DNA of 59,759 nucleotides from Kiritimatiellales bacterium (lineage in GTDB: Bacteria; Patescibacteriota; Gracilibacteria; Peribacterales; Peribacteraceae): contig JAIPIN010000001.1 of assembly GCA_021734665.1 (NCBI GenBank), forward strand, positions 1-59,759, in the 5' to 3' direction. The translations under genes were made by a program, and so were the position numbers. How positions within the stretch are numbered: position 1 is the first letter of the stretch; each line of letters opens with the position of its first letter. A model generated the notes under the pieces. The model did not search any database. It saw only the letters and a program-made list of their open reading frames with translations, and was not told the DNA's origin. Shown here piece by piece: positions 17,949 through 24,553 of the stretch.

Positions 17949-19328
17949 ATGCCCATTGCATCTATACATGATCAGACTAATCCTGCAGCCTACACAGAAG
18001 GACTGATCAAGGGCGTAACCGAAGAGCTTATTCTAAAAATTTCAGCTGATAAAAAAGAACCCAAGTGGATGAGAGATCATAGACTTAAATCTTTCGAAAT
18101 TTTTAAGAATTTATCTTTGCCAAAGTGGGGTCCAGATATTTCTAGTCTAGATTTAGATGACATTATTTATTACGCGCCGTTAGGTTTGGAAGAGGCAAGT
18201 GATTGGGGAGAGGTTCCGGAAGACATACGAAAGGTTTACTACAGACTTGGAATTCCAGAAGCAGAGTACAAGTGGCTTGCAGGAGTTGGTGCACAGTACG
18301 AAAGTGAAATTGTTTATCACAGTTTAAAAAAACAATGGGCAGAACAAGGTGTAATATTTTTGGATATGGATGATGCAGTTCATGAGCATCCAGAACTAGT
18401 GCAGGAATATTTTATGAAATGCGTTCCAAATTCCGATCATAAATTTGCAGCACTACATGGAGCGGTATGGTCCGGTGGAACCTTCCTATACATTCCAAAA
18501 GGACTAGTGGTCACTGAGCCATTGCAGGCGTATTTCCGCATGAATGCTCCAAATATGGGACAATTTGAGCATACTCTTATAATCATAGAAGAAGGCGCAG
18601 AGGCACATTACATAGAAGGTTGCTCGGCTCCAAAGTACGGCACTCAAGCATTGCATGCAGGGTGTGTAGAGATTTATGCAAAGCCTAGTTCGCGTGTTCG
18701 ATATTCGTCAGTAGAAAACTGGAGCAAGGATACGTACAACTTAAACACTAAGCGTGCAATTGTAGAAAAAGATGCAGTGATGGAATGGGTGGGAGGCAAC
18801 ATGGGTTCGGGAGTAACAATGCTATACCCATGTTCCATGTTAGTTGGCGAAGGTGCCAAGGCTGATCATCTTGGTTTGGCATTTGCAAATGAAGAGCAAT
18901 GGCAAGATACCGGTTCCAAAGTAATGCATTTAGCACCACACACATCCAGCTCCATTGTTTCTAAGTCTGTTAGTAAAAGTGGAGGAGTGTCCGTTTATCG
19001 TGGAACAGTGTACATCGCACCCAATGCATATGATTGCACGGTGGGTGTGGAGTGCGATGCGTTGTTACTGGATGAGACCAGCCGTACCGATACGATTCCT
19101 GATATCAAAGTAAGAAACAATGATGTAACTATTGCGCATGAAGCCCGAGTTGGGCGCTTAAGCGAAGAGGATTTGTTTTACCTACAGTCGCGTGGAATAG
19201 CAGAAGAAGAGGCAAAATCCATGATTGTGAATGGCTTTATAGAGCCAATCGTTCGCCTGCTTCCTTTGGAATATGCAGTTGAGATGAACAGGCTGATTGA
19301 GCTGGAGATGGAGGGGTCGGTGGGTTAA
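17949..19328 (+). CDS. sufB: Fe-S cluster assembly scaffold SufB
   Basis: 459 aa; conserved SufB core and C-terminal HEARVGRLSEEDLFYLQSRGI...AKSMIVNGF. Confidence 0.93.
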   Translation: MPIASIHDQTNPAAYTEGLIKGVTEELILKISADKKEPKWMRDHRLKSFEIFKNLSLPKWGPDISSLDLDDIIYYAPLGLEEASDWGEVPEDIRKVYYRLGIPEAEYKWLAGVGAQYESEIVYHSLKKQWAEQGVIFLDMDDAVHEHPELVQEYFMKCVPNSDHKFAALHGAVWSGGTFLYIPKGLVVTEPLQAYFRMNAPNMGQFEHTLIIIEEGAEAHYIEGCSAPKYGTQALHAGCVEIYAKPSSRVRYSSVENWSKDTYNLNTKRAIVEKDAVMEWVGGNMGSGVTMLYPCSMLVGEGAKADHLGLAFANEEQWQDTGSKVMHLAPHTSSSIVSKSVSKSGGVSVYRGTVYIAPNAYDCTVGVECDALLLDETSRTDTIPDIKVRNNDVTIAHEARVGRLSEEDLFYLQSRGIAEEEAKSMIVNGFIEPIVRLLPLEYAVEMNRLIELEMEGSVG

Positions 19329-19331
19329 ATT

Positions 19332-19772
19332 TTATCGGGGTTTTTTGGTTTTTGATTTAGCTTTTTTAATCGCCTCATCCACATTGTTGCGTGTTACGAT
19401 AATCATATGTGGCACACCTGTGTCAGATTTCCCTTTTTGTTTTTCCTGCGCAAGTGTACGACTGATGGTGTTGCGCAGTATGGGGTGGAGAGTAGTGTCT
19501 TTAGAAAGTTTGTGGAGAAGTGTGTTAATTTCCTCCGGTGTGCGAGGGTTTTCTCTATTCACTATTTCACTAAATAACCATAAGGCGTCCATTGGTACTT
19601 TGCCTTGGCAGAGTCGTACTATATGCGGAGCAATATCTGGCTGCCCCAAATGAGTATGTATGGCATGCGCTCCGCGATCCCACGATGTAGCAGGGATGAC
19701 ACGTTCCTCTTTTGGGGGAATGGGAGGGGGAGCGTCTTCAAAAAGATGTAGCTGATCGGAAGCTTCTTTCAT
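19332..19772 (-). CDS. hypothetical protein (146 aa, basic C-terminus)
   Basis: ATG-initiated ORF with stop 3 nt from the sufB stop; begins ..QLHLFED..; no motif I can assign. Confidence 0.5.
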   Translation of the reverse strand: MKEASDQLHLFEDAPPPIPPKEERVIPATSWDRGAHAIHTHLGQPDIAPHIVRLCQGKVPMDALWLFSEIVNRENPRTPEEINTLLHKLSKDTTLHPILRNTISRTLAQEKQKGKSDTGVPHMIIVTRNNVDEAIKKAKSKTKKPR

Positions 19773-19791
19773 GGTGCAAGCAGTATACTCT

Positions 19792-20097
19792 TTAGCGGTA
19801 TTGCAGACCTTCTAGCGTTGATCGTGCATCTATGATGGCACTTTCTAGTTCTGTTGCTGCATTTGCTGGATCTTCTGTGGCGGTTCTTAAAATATGTTCA
19901 ACGTCACCTTTAAGCTTGCGACCTTTATCTAGAGCCTCTGGACTATCTGATAGTGTTACCAATCGGCTGATAAGTGTTCTTGCTTCGCCTTCAAGGCTTT
20001 GCAAATCAGGTTCGGCAACTTCTGTTCCAGCTTCTGTTTGAGCGAAAGCTTCATGGGCTACATCAAATGGGTCTAATGAGGTTTCGAAATCATCCAT
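19792..20097 (-). CDS. hypothetical small acidic helical protein (101 aa)
   Basis: ORF with ATG start; CTTTTCCCC box (plus-strand 20106-20114) 8 nt upstream, as for S1/S2. Confidence 0.45.
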   Translation of the reverse strand: MDDFETSLDPFDVAHEAFAQTEAGTEVAEPDLQSLEGEARTLISRLVTLSDSPEALDKGRKLKGDVEHILRTATEDPANAATELESAIIDARSTLEGLQYR

Positions 20098-20105
20098 GAA
20101 TATAA

Positions 20106-20114
20106 GGGGAAAAG
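20106..20114 (-). promoter_or_regulatory. pyrimidine box (A)CTTTTCCCC, 8 nt upstream of ATG 20097
   Basis: Plus strand ggggaaaag; upstream context ATACTT..TTCCCC resembles the S2 leader. Confidence 0.4.
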
Positions 20115-20153
20115 TATGTTATTAATATACTATATAAGAGGGATAAAGCAAGA

Positions 20154-20756
20154 TCAGGATTTTGGCTTTCTAGTGAGCCTTTTTAGGTCCCCGTGTTTTA
20201 AGTAGTGGTCAAGTAATGTAGAAAATGCAATGTTATCTTCTTTCTTTAGTGTTTGCTTAACAATGTGTTCACGGAATCGTTTTACTATATCAATTGCCCG
20301 TGGAAGATCATCTAGCCCGTGGATAATACGACTTACATTATTGCGCTTTGTGCGTCTGGCAGTGTCTATACATCCGCCGATTTTTCCTAGTCTTGATCTG
20401 GAAATTCGTTGAGCTCTAGAAAGGGGTGTACTTTCTGTGTCGCAATCAAGCCATGTTGCAGGTTGCCACACTTCGTTATCTGCAAGTGAGACAGGTGGTT
20501 CATTGTTAGTAAGCACTTCCAAAACAAGCTCATGATATTCTGCAATGCAAGCAAATGGATTTAAACCTACTGATGCATGTTTACTTGAGGTATTAACAAT
20601 AAATATTTCTCCTTGCTTACAAATATCCATCCAGTCTGCATGTTGATCAATATGCTTAAATGGTTCATCTATTTTTCTATCCAATCCTTCTGCAATGATT
20701 GGATCATTTATAACGAAAATTCGAGGTTGTTCCATGATAGTTACAGTATACTTCAT
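20154..20756 (-). CDS. hypothetical protein (200 aa; alternative start ATG 20735)
   Basis: Long ORF without recognisable motif; its ATG is 5 nt from the divergent sufD-like ATG. Confidence 0.5.
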   Translation of the reverse strand: MKYTVTIMEQPRIFVINDPIIAEGLDRKIDEPFKHIDQHADWMDICKQGEIFIVNTSSKHASVGLNPFACIAEYHELVLEVLTNNEPPVSLADNEVWQPATWLDCDTESTPLSRAQRISRSRLGKIGGCIDTARRTKRNNVSRIIHGLDDLPRAIDIVKRFREHIVKQTLKKEDNIAFSTLLDHYLKHGDLKRLTRKPKS

Positions 20757-20761
20757 GTTCC

Positions 20762-21499
20762 ATGATCTATTTGGCTACAGATACAGGCATTAAACAAGAA
20801 ATCACAATTCCACGCGGTTTGCAGGAAGATGCTCCAACAGAGATTGTTGTATCAGAAGATGCGCATATTGTTTTGAATGCAGAAGAAGAGTCTTGCAGTG
20901 AATATATAATCAATGTTCAAGATGCTCATTTGAATTTAGAAGTGATTTTGGATAAAGGAGCTAGGCTCACTGTAAATTTATCAGTTAACTCTGGAGTTAT
21001 CATTCAACGCGGACGAGTGGGAGAGAATGCAAAACTAAATTGGGTAAATAAAACTTTTGGTAGCGATGTTAAGCAAGAGTTGGCTTCGGAAGTTGTAGGA
21101 GTCAACGGAGAGAGTTCAGTTCATTGGATTTTTAGAGCAGGCAATAAAGATCATTTGCAGTTATCTGCACATAATATTTTTCAGGGTCAGCAGGGCAGAG
21201 GAGAGATCGTGATGAAGGGGGTCGTGGAGGATCAGGCTCAGGTGAGTTGTAATGGAATGATAGAAGTGGGGGTAGGGGGTAGGGGGTCGGATGCATTCTT
21301 GAAGGAAGACATTTTGATGCTAGATAAAACTGCAAAGATAGATGCAGTTCCGGGATTAGAAATCAAAACGAATGATGTAAAAGTGAGTCACTCAGCTAGC
21401 GTGAGGCATGTAAGCCCGGAAGAAATTTTCTACTTTGCATCGCGGGGGGTGGAGGAGAGTGAGGCTAGAAGGATGTATGTGGAGGGATTTCTTGGATGA
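20762..21499 (+). CDS. sufD: short SufD-like Fe-S assembly protein (SufB/SufD family, C-terminal beta-helix only)
   Basis: 245 aa; C-terminal VSHSASVRHVSPEEIFYFASRGVEESEARRMYVEGFL matches the SufB/D family tail (compare sufB ...RLSEEDLFYLQSRGI...). Confidence 0.75.
   Translation: MIYLATDTGIKQEITIPRGLQEDAPTEIVVSEDAHIVLNAEEESCSEYIINVQDAHLNLEVILDKGARLTVNLSVNSGVIIQRGRVGENAKLNWVNKTFGSDVKQELASEVVGVNGESSVHWIFRAGNKDHLQLSAHNIFQGQQGRGEIVMKGVVEDQAQVSCNGMIEVGVGGRGSDAFLKEDILMLDKTAKIDAVPGLEIKTNDVKVSHSASVRHVSPEEIFYFASRGVEESEARRMYVEGFLG
21268..21288. repeat. G-rich tandem heptads gggggta gggggta gggggtc inside sufD-like CDS
   Basis: Read directly; encodes GVGGRGS; another GGGGG run lies ~40 nt upstream. 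Confidence 0.85.
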
Positions 21500-21503
21500 C
21501 AAT

Positions 21504-21609
21504 CAACTATCAACACGTTCGTCCCGCATACGCGGGACTCACTTTCGACAATCGACACGTTTTGATAGTTGATGTTTGAGAGGGTGCGAAGCACCTGTGT
21601 TGATTGTTG
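21504..21609. repeat. three copies of a ~14-mer (CGTGTTGATAGTTG consensus), one inverted, in the sufD/16S spacer
   Basis: caactatcaacacg 21504-21517 (inverted), cgttttgatagttg 21558-21571, tgtgttgattgttg 21596-21609. Confidence 0.6.
21521..21538 (+). terminator. GC hairpin after sufD-like gene (possible terminator)
   Basis: gtcccgc-atac-gcgggac, 7-bp stem, followed by tcactttc (poor U-run). Confidence 0.4.
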
Positions 21610-21615
21610 CATGTC

Positions 21616-21637
21616 AAAAGCCCCGCTTTCGCGGGGC
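21616..21637 (-). terminator. rho-independent terminator of the 16S transcription unit
   Basis: Minus-strand RNA GCCCCGC-GAAA-GCGGGGC followed by UUUU; located just downstream of the trailer half of the processing stem. Confidence 0.75.
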
Positions 21638-21654
21638 GTGTTGGTCACAACATT

Positions 21655-21669
21655 GCAGAGTAGAGAAGT
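21655..21669 (-). other. 16S trailer half of the leader/trailer processing stem
   Basis: gcagagtagagaagt is the exact reverse complement of acttctctactctgc at 23586-23600 (15/15). Confidence 0.65.
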
Positions 21670-21982
21670 CTACCGGGCACCAAGTACGCAAACGCACTTA
21701 GAGATGCTCTCCCGGGCAATCAAATAACATGTTGATCTATGAGCACGATCAGCGCATGTCTTCAGAGATAATTCCCTGGTAAGGAAGTGTTCCATCCGCA
21801 GGTTCTCCTACGGATACCTTGTTACGACTTAGTCCCAATCAGCAGTTTCACCGTGGTACCGCCTCCGAAGAGTAACGGTCCTTCGGGCGCCCCTGCCTTT
21901 CATGACTTGACGGGCGGTGAGTACAAGACCCAGGAACATATTCAACGTGACGTAGCTGATTCACGTTTACTAGCGATTCCAA

Positions 21983-22021
<39 letters not shown>

Positions 22022-22381
22022 ACCGGCTTTTTGGGATTCGCTCCCCCTCGCGGGTTCGCTGCCCTCTGTACCGGCCATTGTAGCACGGGTGTTGCCCCAG
22101 GTATAAGGGACACGCAGATCTGACGTCATCCTCACCTTCCTCCGCCTTGGAGGCGGCAGTCTCCTATGAAAAAACAACATAGGATGAGGGTTGCGCTCGT
22201 TTGCTGACTTAACAGTACACCTCAAGGCACGAGCTGACGACGACCGTGCACCACCTGTCACCGAGTTCCTTGCGGCACTCCTCCCTTTCGGGTGGATTCT
22301 CGGGATGTCAAACCTGGGTGAGGTTCTCCGCTTATTATCGAATTAAACCCCATGCTCCACCGCTTGTGTGGGTCCCCGTCT

Positions 22382-22413
<32 letters not shown>

Positions 22414-22497
22414 TCCCAGGCGGTGTGCTTACCGCGTTAGCTAAGGCACGGAAATCAATTGATAATTCCCACACCGAGCACACATCGTTTAGGGCGT

Positions 22498-22531
<34 letters not shown>

Positions 22532-22916
22532 ACGCTTTCGTCCCTGAGCGTCAGTACATTCCCAGCATCTTGCCTTCGCTTTTGGCGTTCTACTATGGAT
22601 CAACGGATATTACCCCTACACATAGCATTCCAGATGCCTCTGAATGACTCAATCTCTGCAGTTTCCGGCACGTACACGGAGTTGAGCTTCGTGCTTTTAC
22701 GCCAGACACACAGAGTCGCCTACGGACGCTTTACGCCCAGTAATTCCGAGTAACGCTTGCACCTTCCGTCTTACCGCGGCTGCTGGCACGGAATTAGCCG
22801 GTGCTTTCTCCTGAGGTACCGTCAAAAATTTCGTCCCTCAGAACAGAAGTTTACGCCCCAAGGGGTGTCATCCTTCACGCGGTGTCGCTCCGTCAGGCTT
22901 TCGCCCATTGCGGAAT

Positions 22917-22948
<32 letters not shown>

Positions 22949-23183
22949 GCCGTGTCTCAGTCCCATTCTGGCTGGTCGTCCTCTCAGACCAGCTACCCGT
23001 CATAGTCTTGGTAGGCTATTACCCCACCAACAAACTGATAGGCCGCAGGCCCCTCCCGAACCGATAAATCTTTCCTCTTGCGAGGGCATCCGGTATTAGC
23101 CCATCTTTCGATGGGTTATCCCTGAGTTCGGGGTAGGTTCCAACGTGTTACTCAGCCGTTCGCCACTCGCGTCTCACTCTTGG

Positions 23184-23340
23184 TTCTAGTGTAGTTAGTG
23201 CTGTAATTCTAGTTCATGGGGGCGAGTGAATGAAAAATGAATAATGAATAATGAAAAATTATCATTACTTTCCATTTTTCATTTTTAATTATTCATTCGC
23301 GCCCTGCGAACGAGAAAGACAGTCTAATACTGCGTAAAAA
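23184..23340 (-). other. ~157-nt insertion/expansion segment in 16S helix 6 (V1)
   Basis: Closed by a 16-bp stem (23168-23183 cgcgtctcactcttgg vs 23341-23356 ccaacagtgagacgcg, 1 mismatch) between the conserved CATGCAAGTCG and GGCGAACGG..GAGTAA blocks; about 190 nt where E. coli has about 40. Confidence 0.7.
23222..23302. repeat. heptad-periodic imperfect inverted repeat H5 inside the 16S insertion
   Basis: gcgagtgaatgaaaaatgaataatgaataatgaaaaat vs ttccatttttcatttttaattattcattcgcgc (AATGAAW units); pairing register ambiguous. Confidence 0.7.
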
Positions 23341-23505
23341 CCAACAGTGAGACGCGCGTGCGACTTGCATGTGTTAGGCGCACCGCTAGCGTTCACTCTG
23401 AGCCAGGATCAAACTCTTTAAAAAGAGTTGACCTAACTTAAGTAAAAGTTAGTTCAGTCCTTTTTTACTAAAAAGAACAAAAAAAAAGAAATCGAGGTTC
23501 AATGA

Positions 23506-23576
23506 GTATTTCGTATATTGTATTTCGTATTTCGTATGAAAATCATACGAGATACTAGATACGTGATACTAAATAC
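23506..23576. repeat. heptad-periodic imperfect inverted repeat H6 in the 16S leader
   Basis: gtatttcgtatattgtatttcgtatttcgtatga (TATTTCG units) vs tcatacgagatactagatacgtgatactaaatac; 27/34 complementary by manual alignment, 3-nt loop. Confidence 0.75.
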
Positions 23577-23585
23577 AAATTTCAC

Positions 23586-23600
23586 ACTTCTCTACTCTGC
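23586..23600 (-). other. 16S leader half of the processing stem
   Basis: Exact complement of 21655-21669. Confidence 0.65.
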
Positions 23601-23736
23601 GATGGTGTGAAGGAACTTTCTTCGGGGCACCTAAATGCCCACTTGCCCTATACAACCGAGGCAAATGCCGAGAAGTTGAGGGACTTGGAGTGTCTTGCTC
23701 CCCGTGCCCTAAGGGCGTTGGGAAGTAGCTCAAGGG

Positions 23737-23764
23737 ATTCTAGTGGATGGAAAGGCAAGGTCAA
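23737..23764 (-). promoter_or_regulatory. candidate 16S promoter TTGACC-16-TAGAAT
   Basis: Minus strand -35 at 23764-23759, -10 at 23742-23737; about 310 nt upstream of the mature 5' end, downstream of the GT2 stop (23855). Confidence 0.6.
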
Positions 23765-23854
23765 GCGGTTTCTGCATGATATGTGCACAAATTTTTGTTC
23801 AGGCATTTTGTATCTTGTAGATTCAGATTATTGAGCACTCTGTTCATAGAGCCA

Positions 23855-24541
23855 TTAATGCTTTTTTATAGCAATAAGTGCTATAAGGCCAAGAAATTTT
23901 AGAAAATTGAATGGACCTTTTAAGCCAGGTGATAGCTTGCTTGTTCCAATGCGCGATCCATATTTAATTGGTCTGTAGATTACTTTGTAATTATCACGAC
24001 TGGCACAGATGGTTAGTACAATATGCAAAGAGAATCTTTTGGGATATAAGTGAACATACTTCTCCAACACTTCCCGTTTCATGATTCTTAATCCAGAGTT
24101 AATATCTGCGATCTTGCTGTGAGATACTACTTCGGACATTTTTTTTAAAAAGCTTCTAGCCTTCGTGTGCAAAAGAGGTCCGTGCATCAAGGTTTCACGT
24201 AGTCCGGTAACCATATCTGCATTTTCTTGTTTAACTGCATCAAACAATATGGGGATATCTTCTGGCGAGTAAGTATTATCTGCATCTATTGTTGCAATCC
24301 ATTCTCCTTGGGAGTTATTCAATCCTGTAACTATAGATGCACCGTTACCAATATTTTTTTCATGTTGGATTATCTTTATTTTTGGAATATCTAAATTAGA
24401 AATAATCTCAGCAGTTCGATCTGTGCTTCCGTCGTTTACAATTATTATTTCATCGTCATCATTAAGAATTGCAGATGAGCGACGAACAATATCTTCTATT
24501 GAACCTTCTTCATTGTATACAGGGATGATTAACGAAAGCAT
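23855..24541 (-). CDS. family 2 glycosyltransferase
   Basis: LSLIIPVYNEEGSI, IIIVNDGSTDRT, TIDADNTY motifs. Confidence 0.8.
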   Translation of the reverse strand: MLSLIIPVYNEEGSIEDIVRRSSAILNDDDEIIIVNDGSTDRTAEIISNLDIPKIKIIQHEKNIGNGASIVTGLNNSQGEWIATIDADNTYSPEDIPILFDAVKQENADMVTGLRETLMHGPLLHTKARSFLKKMSEVVSHSKIADINSGLRIMKREVLEKYVHLYPKRFSLHIVLTICASRDNYKVIYRPIKYGSRIGTSKLSPGLKGPFNFLKFLGLIALIAIKKH

Positions 24542-24553
24542 ATTATTAGGGTA

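Noticed and set aside
21500-21780. Spacer tRNA (Ile/Ala) or start of a 23S downstream of the 16S
   Set aside because: There is no T-loop (GGTTCGAATCC-like) or cloverleaf-compatible sequence. A terminator and a convergent protein gene follow instead.
23184-23340. Group I/II intron or homing-endonuclease insertion in the 16S
   Set aside because: The insert is only ~157 nt, has no ORF, and I could not recognise the conserved elements of a group I intron or a group II domain V. It looks like a helix-6 expansion or IVS instead.
23607-23834. Track ORF 23607..23834 (+, GTG start) and the idea of a separate ncRNA (SRP/RNase P/tmRNA) in this GC-richer stretch
   Set aside because: The region is antisense to the 16S leader and contains the candidate 16S promoter. 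I could not find SRP domain IV, RNase P or tmRNA signature sequences, so it is most simply the structured rRNA leader.
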